From positions 1,922,001 to 1,986,000 of the forward strand of contig CM082590.2 of NCBI GenBank assembly GCA_040954595.2: a stretch of 64,000 nt of DNA. Reading direction: 5' to 3'. Source of the DNA: Balanoglossus misakiensis (Eukaryota > Animalia > Hemichordata). Made by a program: the position numbers and the translations under genes. The notes under the pieces are model-generated. The model did no database searches. It had not been told where the DNA came from and saw only the letters and a program-made list of their open reading frames with translations. Every line of letters starts with the position of its first letter. Position 1 is the stretch's first letter. Below, piece by piece: positions 50,201 through 61,275 of this stretch.

Positions 50201-53049
50201 AAGCAACCATTCCACCACCAAAACAACAACCAGCAGCAACATAACAAACATGGCAACAACAACAACAGCAGTTATCACAACAACAACAACAGCTATAACT
50301 AGGACAACAGCCAAGGCCGCAACCAAAGGTACCTCAGATGGACTTGACACCCAGCTTGCAACAAATACAGCAACAATGAAGTAGTAGTCTGCTGGCTGAT
50401 GACATGAGTCTTTTTGATATTCTGAATCAATATACTCATACAGGAAACTGACTATAATGAACAGGAGACTGTTCATGCCTTCATTACCATTGTAACTTCT
50501 ATATACTAAATGAAACCCAGATCCCCAAAGAAATGTCAGAAATTTCTCAAGGTATGCGGGAATTTTCAAATATTCCAGACAGTATATGGCCATTTCTTTC
50601 TGCTTCCAAAACGAGCATCTAGAGTCATGCATGCCACTGGCCCAATAAAGCTTGATAGCTCTTGCTGAGAATTGTAATGTTACTAGCATCTCCCTTGAAA
50701 TCACTCACATAAACTGATCAGTGGTGATTGCTTGTAAGATTATAGTGAAGGCAAGGCTAATTTAAATTCAAAATGGTAACCATCCTTAATCACACATATG
50801 TATCATTTGACCAATCATTGGAAAAACAAAGTCTGTGATTGACTTCAAAGGGATGCTAATTACATCACAATTCCCAGCAAGGGGTTTCAGGCTTTACTAG
50901 GCCAGTGGCATGCATAGTTTCTGGAAGCAAAGCAGAAAAAATACAGCTTTATACTAGACTAATATTTCATTAACGTCTGATCATTAAATTGGAGAACGTA
51001 TCTCTAAAGTTGGTCTCTATCGCTCCCTCAGGGAAGAGAGCAATAGACAGAACTTTGAGTGACAGAACTTCCAGTTGTGTACTTATCATTTGTATTGCCA
51101 AATCACAGACGTTGTATTATTGGTCATTTATCTGTCCAATTCTGATACTCTTGTGTTCAGTTGAGCATTACATCAAAGAAGTTTCGCTTTAACAGTGACA
51201 ATACAACACTTGCAAAAACATGGATTGCTCAGGTCAGCCTATATGGTTACAGATTACCTGTGAACCAACTAATCCAGTTATAATTAATGTGTTTCGTTAT
51301 ATACAGAGAATTGTAGGTTGTATGAGACGTGTTAATATTACACTCTAGCATGGGGCAATGTTCACACGTATATATTTATCATGTGAAAGCCACAAAGTCA
51401 CCAGCTCTTCATGTTCATTTTCAGTTTTTTTGTTTTGTTTCATGGAATCATTTGATAGTAAAGGTCTGCTTGCTGATAATTGAATTGAACTGAACTCACA
51501 AGATATGTGTGGACATAACATGTTAATACTTCCATGTCATTATTTCTGTTACTGCCAAACAATTAAATAACACCATAATGTCAAAAATAGCAACTTTGTC
51601 ATTACTTTGAAGGGATACTGATCCAGGGTTAATGTTTCATTGGGGAGTCTAACAGTGTTTGAAAATGTCACATTGTAATTTGAAAGTTTGAGATTGGGCA
51701 GTGACAATGACATTGTTTGTGTACAGACTTTGCATGGAAATCTTTGAAAAATGAAAAGTGGTGCGTGGAAAAGAATGAAGTCTTTGGGCTTTTATCAGGT
51801 GCCTTCATTTGACTCTCAAGGAGAGTTTTGTAAAACAATTAACTTGTTGTGTGTCAGCATTATTGGGAAAGATTAAACACACACATGTATACAGGTTAGA
51901 TTATAATGGAAAATCACCATCAGCCTTTTTTCTGAGCACTCTCACCTTTCACCCGAAGTTCCCTGTGTAGACATCCAACTTTTCCAACAGAAACAATGGA
52001 TTTGGACCGAACCATTAGTTCATTTGAATACCGGTATGTATGTAATATCTGTATTTATAACATACCTCATGCTAACACTGTGTTGTGATTCGCCAGAATC
52101 CGTCACATTATAGGAAAATAGAATCGACTATGAATTCCTCTGGGAAATAGCAGACAATCTATAAACTGATCACGTGACCAAAGGGATGTAAAAGAATCCC
52201 ATGCATATACTTTGTCAGTTCACCTCTGTAGCCAGACTGGCCATACGTATGAACTGATGATGTCCCTGTCATAGGACTATGTCTTGTGAAACTGTTAAAC
52301 CATTTTGTTGTGTTTTGTGTTTGGAGAACGGCAACATCCGTGACAAGCATGGTAGAATCAAACTATTACATGCATGTTAAGAAATATAGTCAATTATTAG
52401 GAAGTGACCATAGTTGCCAAACGATCAAAATCACAGTTTTAATATCGATATTCACATGTCATTGTTTCTACATTTCTTGAATTTCCTAACATTTTTTATT
52501 ATAACAAAAACAAGAGCCTTTCATGACCACTAATTGACTTTTGAAAATATTTCATGTAATCAGCCATTCATTTTATGTGTGTGTGAAGAATGACACCCTG
52601 AGGCTGTAGAATCATGTATAGTGCTGAAGGGAAGGGGGGACACGATTCCTCAATTTCTTTCATTTTGCATAAGATGCTAAGTTGGTTTAATTTTTTTCCG
52701 GATATTGCTTATATTGTACTGAAGGTTTGGAATGTTATGCAGTTCGTAAGGAGAGCTTTTGACAAACATTTCAGTGTACTTTCAAGACTGGTAGAGTATG
52801 TAGATAGTGTATGCAGCGTTGGGAAGAAATATCTTTGATATTTTTATTCTAACAATTTTCCTATCAGGATAAACAAGTAGACAGAGATATCATGTTAGGA
52901 TTTTTGCATACTTCAAATAAATATTCTGATAAAATGAGTGCTTTTGTCTGTCTCTTTGATTTCAGGTGAGGATCAGCCGCTCCAACAAATGGTCTGCTTA
53001 CTTCCCTTTTTCATCTGATTAAAATCAAATGTAGTGTTAGGTGCTGGTG

Positions 53050-54312
53050 ATGATTTTGGCTATTCTGTTCTCAGTCTTGGCTGTTCTCGGGTACATTAGC
53101 TGGGAACTACTGGTCAGATTGCTTTGAAAAGTGGTATGCATGTTTCTTATGCCAACATCATAGAGCTATATAAGTTCTAAGCTGATATCGTGAATTGTCT
53201 ACTTTTTATGAATGCTAAGCTGATATCGTGAATTGTCTACTTTTTATGAATGTTTTGTCTTTTAACACAATGGTAAAATATTTTCTATGAAAGTAATTGG
53301 CTGATTTCTTCAAAATTTAGTATAAAGCTTCCTATAGGTGTAATTGTTGCAAAGTTTGCACATTTGTAATTATGAGCCAAATTTTGCAATTTTTGGTCAA
53401 AAATCGTTTTCTCTGAAACCTCGCGCTTGTCAGATTGCTTTGGAAATTGGTAGGCATGTTCTCAGGGTTAAGCAATTGTAAGTTGTTTGAAAATTTTGTT
53501 GAAATTTGCTTATTTGTGTTCTTGAGGTAACTGTTGTGATGGTGTGTAGATGGATACCGGGTTGTAGATGGGAGTTTGTTCAAACGAAGTTGTCATTGCC
53601 AAAAATATGCAAATTTTCTGGGAAAAACCTAAATTTGGTAAATATTCAGAAAAATTAACAACCCCTGGTCGTAATGATTCTGTATGTTTTGAGGTAATAG
53701 TGTGAATTTTCTATTTTTTTTTGCATTTGTTTGTCTTTTTCTAATTTTTTGTAAAAAAAACTACCTTTCTGGAATTAATCAGCCCACCTCTTTGAAATTT
53801 AGTATGGAGCTTCATATAGGTGATCTGAGTTACTAAAGTTTTGTTTAAATTGCTGCAAAATTTGCGAGCTATTTTTACCTTTTTGATCATTTTTTTAATG
53901 TAAAACAGCTCATAGATTGCTTTGGAAATTTGCATGTATGTTTGTCAAATCAACTAGAAGAATTTAATATTATATTTTTGAGGTGATTTTTGCCATTTTT
54001 GGTCAAAACTCTTTCTCAGAACCCTCTACTCCATTGCTTTCAAATTTGATTTAAAGGTTCCTGGGTGAGTTGTCATGATAATTTACAAAACCAATGATGA
54101 AAGTGTCAATGCTTTTTGTTGGCAATATCTTGTATTTTGGGGGCATATTTTCCAATTTTGAAAAATAATAGTTCCCAGTGTATTACTCTAAAATTGAGTT
54201 AATAGTATTGGCTTCTTTAGAATTATAATGGAATCAAATTATAGGTAATTCGGAACTTTTATATTTTGTAGGATATTTTGTTATATACAACAACAAAATT
54301 CATCTCCGCGAC
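53050..54312. mobile_element. Dispersed repeat, same family as 42928-45300
   Basis: Shared blocks such as GGGAGTTTGTTCAAACGAAGTTGTCATTGCCAAAAATATGCAAATT and CAAAACTCTTTCTCAGAACCCTCTAC; similar subunits also at ~56300-56800. Confidence 0.6.
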
Positions 54313-57300
54313 CAGCTGTTCTTTTTGGTGCATGGACAGTGTTGGCCTGTCGATTTATCTATGTTTAGAAAATTTGATCAAATTCAAACTTGAATTGCAT
54401 TGAATCAATTTTAATTCCCTCCAATAACACTTTATTGACTACAAACGTTTGTTTTGTTGGATGGGTGAAATTTAAGACCTCTCGACCAACGCAGAGTGAA
54501 GTTTAATACTTTTGAAGTTGTCAAAATCGACTAAACAGAGCGAGAAAAAGGGCAATTTGCGCTGTCAGCACATTTCTTCTCCTGCCTCGAATTATCGACA
54601 CCAGCCCCCTCCCCCCCCCAAAAAAAAAATCAATTATGGTTCATCAAATAACTAGACTTCGTCGTCCATGAAATCAAACTCGACGACAAAAAAATTTCGC
54701 CAATTCCGAGGTAAACGCATCCTGACAGGATAAGAACTCCGCTATTTGACGTCATCTGATTTCTCTGTAAACATTGGTTGGTCGTTACTTCGGGAACGGC
54801 ACTTAATCTTCTCGGTTGGGCCTTTAATTTCCATGACCCCGGTCGATTCGGCCAAGACGCAAACCGATTCTTCACTTTGCAGTTCAGTAAAGTTGGCGAA
54901 CGGGATAGTCTGTTAATGGTGAATGCAGGCCTGAACGCAGTGCTAGCGAACGGGACAAATTGACATAATAAAAGCGAGCGTGTTGTCAGATTAGTGGGAC
55001 TGTCATATCATGAACACAATACGGGAGGCGTGATAAGGGCATTATAAAGAGCGAGCGTGAAACTGACATGGAAACGATCGACAGTACGGTACAGCACAGT
55101 GGCTGTGGGTAGAGCGAGCGTGTTGCTGTGCCGAACACATGTTTGTTAAATACAACACACACCGACTTGACCTGCGGCCGCAGCTGCAGCTTCCTAACGC
55201 GACCTAATCCAAGCAGTTTACGATCTCGTGGATCGCGGTTGGACTGATAAAATGACCCAGAAAGAGAACCACATTAGGAAGTATTATAGATCTGTTTCCT
55301 CAAAGTCCAATAAGTACAAAACTTAACGCACATCAAAATGTTGCCCAAACAACGGAAGTTAGCAGTTTGCTTGCTTGGTTTGAAATGCGCGGCTGTGGTA
55401 GAAAATTACCCACTGTTCTTTGGGACTTGAGCCACCCCCTTAGACAATGGTGCATTCACACTCGAGAACATAGGTTTGCTATTTGCATATACAAATGGAA
55501 TATTCCTTCGAATGCGAGCATGTTCCAGTGCGTTCTAAAATAATAAAATATGCAGCTATAGCATGTATGCATATTCATTAGTGTGTCGTAATGCTAACTT
55601 TGGTCTGTGATTGGGTAACAAGTCCCACTCTCCATAACAACAGGTGATCATTGACCCGTTTCCGGTGTGCGACGTCGGGTTTCAATCACTTTCCTTCTTA
55701 CTGCCGCGGGATCAAGACGTCTTTTCGGTAGGCTCATAATCCAGTCATTGCTTTTAGTACCATAGCCTATATAGCTACGTTACCGTCGCTCGATTGTTTT
55801 GTCTGGTATTAGGTGATTTGCAGCTATCCGTTCAACACCTTGTAGTTGAACAGAAGTAGGTCTTATTCCAGAAAAAATCCGAGCTACGGGCGTGCAGCTA
55901 GCCATGCCTCTCGGCCATTCTGTGTATGGCTTCGCTGCTGACCCTGAGGTCATAATCGAAAAAGTCTAGTCATATTTATAGGGCTATACTCTGTGAGAAT
56001 TTTATTGCTAGGCCTCTTGCCTAAGCGCACGTAGAGCCAGTGTTTGCATTTTTTTTAATTTTACGGTTTAAACGTGGTTGGTGTATTTTCGCTTTTCTGT
56101 TTGTTTTTTCGTAACATTTTACTGTTTACATGTTGTTGGCGTATTTTCGCTTTTCTGGTGTGATTTCCACCTCACTGTTGGCATACTTAAACAATTATCC
56201 TAATTTTTATTGGGCAAACCGATAAAACCAGAACCAACACAAGTAAAGAAAATTGTAATCTGTTTGGTGATAACCCTTTTAGCTTTGAGAGATAACCGAT
56301 TTGATGTTTTAGTAAAACCAAATTTTTGACCAGGGTGACAAGCATTTTTTTCTCCAAGAGTCGTGTTGCTTTGAAGCATACATTTGGATATATGGTCCCA
56401 TTTGATGAAAAGCTGGTTGATGAAAAATGTGCATATTTATAATTTTGTAGAATTTTTTGTCTTTTTTGGTCAAAAATTGTTTTATCGAAAACTGCCTGTC
56501 AGATTGCTTTCAAATTTTGCAGGGTTGTTCCTTGGGAATAATTAAGTGAGATGTTTTAGAAAAATACTTGAAATTTGCATATTTGCGTTTTTGTGTGTGA
56601 TAGTTTTGGAATTTTTCATTAAAAATTATTTTCTTTCAAACTGATTGTCAGATTGCCTTGAGCTTTGGTAGGCATGTTCCCTGAAGCGATTGACGTAAGA
56701 TATTGTACAATTTTGGTGAAAATACTGATTTTTCTGAAACTGCATATGGGATTGCTTTGAAATTTGATAGGATTATTGCAATGGGTAACCCAAGTTTTGT
56801 CTGATTGTGTTGATTTCCCTATACTGAGACTCGCCAAGTACACTATATGTTTATATTACTAGAGAGTTCAGAATCCAATATGGCCGCCATACGAACTGGG
56901 ACATACTGTGTAATCTGATTATTTTCTAAACTTGTCATATTTTAATTTCTCGATCTCACAAATAAAAATGAAATGCCAAAAACTGAGTAACTTTCGTTTC
57001 TTCCCGCTTGGTGTCCATTAAAGTCTTTTTCCTCCCACTGGGAAAGTGGCTAGAGTCAATATGTGCATAATGGAAGCATTATATGGCACTGAATAAATGG
57101 CAGGGGTGTTTACATCTCCTAATTTGTTTTCACTTAAACCATTATAAATATCTAACAGTATATGATCATATTGTGTATGCAACTCAGAGATGTGTTTCAC
57201 TTCAGGGTTGGAAGTTTGTTTAGTCAAGTCTGGGAAGTGACATGTCTTCAAAGTGACTGATGTTATCTGCTTAGAGCTGAATGCCCATGGGTGTTCTTTC

Positions 57301-58670
57301 CTGGAAATACATTTTCTTTGCATTTCATAGACCTGTGTATAATTATAATTTCAGTTATATATTCTAATTTGCGTTTAGGTAGAGTATGCATGGAATTAAA
57401 ATAATTATTCTGTAATTACCCAACAAAAATGTTTGTCTTACAATTGTCCAGCAAGTGGATATTTTGATTGTTAATTTGCACAGGCAACATTATGGAAGTA
57501 GCATAAAGAGTATTCGATAATATAGCAGACCTTCTAGCCAGAAAGAAGAGCTTAGAAGATTTATCAGCTCATAATATTCCTTTAACCAATGAACTTTATA
57601 TGAACTTGCACACCTGCCTTTAAGATACAGGGATTAATGTTCAGGAAACCTTACCAGCTCTAGTACATTTATTTCAGCCAGAAATTGAATTACCAGATAA
57701 AAAAATCAGTAATGTTACAAAGATACAGTCAGAAAATAAATGGAGAAAGCCAGCAAGGAAGGCAGAAAAGTGGAATACATGAAAGACACAGTTTGCTTAA
57801 ACTACATGTGTATGCAGTAAAAACTGTATGGTGCAAGGACGTTCATTTTTATGATTTATAGCCAGCCAGTCTTTCCATGCATATCATACCAAAATTAATA
57901 TGAAAATCGTGTAAATGTTAATAGACTACAAGGATAGTACAAATACATGTAGAAATTACACTATCCAACTTTCTCCACTTTTGATATCTGCTCAACACAG
58001 GCAAGCAAAAGGGCCGATCTGAGAGTTTGACTTGAATGATGGCATTTTTTGCTGTCCAGAAGTAACTGTATAAAATATTTTTTGGTAGTAGTATTATTGC
58101 TCAAAATTCACAAGAATTTAAATGTTTCCGCTCACTACAGTGATTGAACTGATTTTCAGCAAATTGCAGTGTATAAACAAATATTGCCATCTAATGAAAT
58201 ATCAATCCAATATGGCCGCCCATTTGCAATGGTAAAATGCTAGGTTTTTCCTTTTTTGAGCGCCTGGGAATTTAAATTATAATCCAGATATCGAAAACTT
58301 AAGTCACTATCTGTATCTGCACATATATTGTAATATATTCTGAAAATTTCGTTACCATTAGATCAACTATGATTGAGACACGGAACATCAAACATTGCAA
58401 AATTTCATATTTCCCATGGTGCCATGCAAAATATAGAGAGATTTTCTTTACAAGTTTAGATGATCTCCTGTAAAACTGAAAGAAGTATTCTTCTGTGAAT
58501 CGTGCATAATTTTTTGAAAAATGTTGATGATACTTGAGAATATCAGTATTTTTTGATGCTTTTGTACCTTGAAAACTGGTGAACCGATTTTGATAATTTT
58601 CTTTATTATAACCTACAAAGACCTATAAACATGTTTTATCAGTAAAATAAACAGCCTTATATAATTTTAC

Positions 58671-58942
58671 TGGTCCAGCTGTTACAGAGACCTCTGGCTA
58701 TTTATTATAAACTGGTGGTAGGTCAGTAAATGCCTCTGTCTGATTGGACTAATTAGCTTGTCATACTCGCATGTATTTTACAGACAGTTTTTGGACAAAA
58801 ATCAGCTGTGGTCCAGCTTTTACAGAGACCAACAGCTATTTTATTATAAACTGGTGGTAGGTCAGTGAATGCCTCTGTCTGATTGGACTAATTAGCTTGT
58901 CATACTCGCATGTATTTTACAGACAGTTTTTGGACAAAAATC
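58671..58942. repeat. Two-copy 138-bp tandem duplication
   Basis: TGGTCCAGCT..ACAGAGACC..GCTATTTTATTATAAACTGGTGGTAGGTCAGT...GGACAAAAATC starts at 58671 and 58809. Confidence 0.9.
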
Positions 58943-59156
58943 TGTTTTTTTTAGTGCTGCTTGTAAGATTGCAGTGACACATAACACTTGATTGGGCATA
59001 GTGAATTTTTTTTATGTTTCCATATTATTTGAATATTTTTGCCATATATGCTTGCCAATGTCGCCCGTGATTTTAATTCTGGCGAATACCTAAAATCTGT
59101 GTAATCCACAAATGGCACAACAGTATCCTATACGCTATGTTTTAAGAAGTTAATTA

Positions 59157-61275
59157 TACCTGGATATGCATCTTGTTAAAATGCACAACAGTCACGATTT
59201 TGTTCACACGAGTTTGATTGCTGCCAGGACATAACCCAAATATTTTGATAATTTTGGCAATGACCTTTGAACTACTATCCCATGCCTTGGCATGTACAGC
59301 AGATACAGCCTTCAAATTTGGAGGACTGGAACACCTAATGAAGTACATGTATTAACTTTAACACAATAATTATGTACATAAGCTATTTAAAGTTACCCAA
59401 TAGATCTTAGAAGTCTGGTTTTTGCTGGACACTGATCAGTTTGATATCAAAATTTGTTGGCCCAACTTTGCGTGAACTCTGGCTTACTTACCATTTCTCA
59501 GCATCCATAACAAATACAGCCTTTGCGTTCTGTTGGAACCATGCTAACCACTTTGGTCACTCCAATGCTGCTTATAGTTGGGTCTTCTTCATGGCGGCCA
59601 TATTTGATTTTTGGATAACCTTTAAAAGTTGACATTTTTTCAAAAATTACAAGGCCAATCAAGTTCTAATTTACTGTCCGTTCCAATTTTTTTCAATAAT
59701 ATTGTTAGTGGTCATGCGAATTTGGATTCATTATGGATTTTTGAAAAATCTCATGAAAAATTTCCAAAGTCTTTTTTTAATCAAGCTTTCAACATCGTCG
59801 CAAACCACGGCCCTTTTACGGCAGCGCTCTGCTCCCCGCAAAAAGGCCGTGGTATAATACGCCCATGTATTCAGTATTTGGTCTAGGTGCTTTCATAGTA
59901 CATCCAACAACCAATCAGATTGCTTGTTACATCCCATTCACCCATCTCATTACATCTCATTCTAAACAACATGGCGGCTTCCAGTGGCAGTGCTTTGAGT
60001 CTGACTGAGAGCGAAGAACGTGCAGTTTGATTGGCCAGATTATAATGATGTCATCTCATGAATATGCATTACCAATATGTTCAAATACCAGCGCGGTACT
60101 CCATTTTAACCAGAGTACGTGATTTCGATAGTGAAACGAAAGAAATCCGTAGTCTGGTGGGGCGAGAATGGCTTTCAAGTGAATTGTGATCGCTTTAACC
60201 TTATTCGAGCCAAATTGGATTTTCTGAACACCGATGAAAAACAAAGATTTCCTATTTCTAGCCTACTCATTGATAGCACACAAATTAATTTTATTGATAC
60301 GAGTCACCATATGACTAGAATACGTTACATTTTTGGCAACTTTCACATGTTCTTTGATCCAGTTGTTTTTCAGAATTTGATTAAACAATTTATTGGCCAC
60401 TCTCACATGTCCTTTGATCCAGTAATTCTAGAACTTAATTTTATGTGGATATGCCTCTTGTTAAAAAGCACAACAGTCATGATTTTGTTCACATGAGTAC
60501 TATTGCTGCCAGGACATAACCCAACTATTTTTATAATTTTGGCAATGATCTACTTTCCCATAACTTGCCATGCACAGCAGATACAGCTTTCAAATTTAGG
60601 GAACTGGAACATCTAATGAAGTATTAATCTTTAACACAATACTTATGTACTTATCCTATTTAAAGTTAACCAATAGAGCTTAGAACTTTGGTTCTTGTTG
60701 AACACTGATCAGTTTGATATCAGATTTTGTTGGCACAATTTTGCGTGACCTCTGGCTTACTTACCATTTCTAGCCATCCAAAACAGATACAGAGCTTGCT
60801 TTCTGTTGGAACCACGCTAACTGCTTTGGCACCTGTAATGCTGCATGTTCCTTTAATTGTCTTCTTCATGGTGGCCATATTGAATTTTCTGATAACCTCT
60901 AAAAGTTGACATTTTTTTCTAAACTACAGGGCCAATCAAGTTCTAATTTACTGTCCCTTCCAATTTTTTTCAATAATATTGTTAGTGGTCATGCGAATTT
61001 GGATTCATTATGGATTTTTGAAAAATCTCATGAAAAATTTCCAAAGTCTTTTTTTAATCAAGCTTTCAAGTGTATTGTGATTGCTTTAACCATATTCGAG
61101 CCAAATTGGATTTTCTGTACTCTGATTAAAAACGAAGATTTCCTATTTCTAGCCTACTCATTGAAAGCACACAAATTCATTTTATTGATATGAGTCACCA
61201 TATGAATAGAATATGTTACATTTTTGGCAAATTTCACATGTCCTTTGATTCAGATTTGTTAGAACTGAATTGTAC
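59157..61275. repeat. ~0.9-kb tandemly duplicated unit, each copy holding one monomer of satellite 2
   Basis: 59157-59792 resembles 60443-61068 and 60171-60440 resembles 61061-61275 (the ORF track also shows the duplicated MTFF.KLQGQSSSNLLS translations). Confidence 0.85.
59793..60170. mobile_element. 378-bp non-autonomous insertion with 8-bp TSD
   Basis: GCTTTCAA duplicated at 59785-59792 and 60171-60178; empty site at ~61061 (TCAAGCTTTCAAGTG); weak TIR CATCGTCGC / GCGAGAATG. Confidence 0.75.

Larger units (their letters stand above)
41846..50451 (+). pseudogene. MED25: MED25-like (Mediator subunit 25) unprocessed pseudogene / partial duplicate
   Basis: Exons ~41846-42108, 42536-42716 (TAG at 42680 before RWSG), ~45918-46053 (RFTRSVACSVIASPTDNLQADSWLTKLVMRLIPQQLL), 46707-46814 (QSLGAMFCNSHTVEFQFMNNCQEAYRSVFRVMSEGF), 48368-48612 (frameshifted, Q-rich, ends LSHLLQ), ~50180-50451 (Q-rich, 3 stops, ends LLADDMSLFDIL). 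The two middle exons match the recalled MED25/PTOV1 ACID domain (TRSLPCQV..W.QKLIMQLIPQQLL TTLGPLFRNS..VQFHF...LYRIMGNGF). Confidence 0.8.

Noticed and set aside
50111-50704. 197-aa minus-strand hydrophobic ORF (and 48464-48751)
   Set aside because: Antisense reading of CAA/CAG Gln-rich MED25-like exons, which yields poly-Val/Leu.
54630-55950. CpG-rich stretch with CRE-like (TGACGTCA) and octamer (ATTTGCAT) motifs as a promoter or ncRNA locus
   Set aside because: No downstream gene or recognisable tRNA/snRNA fold; such short motifs can occur by chance.
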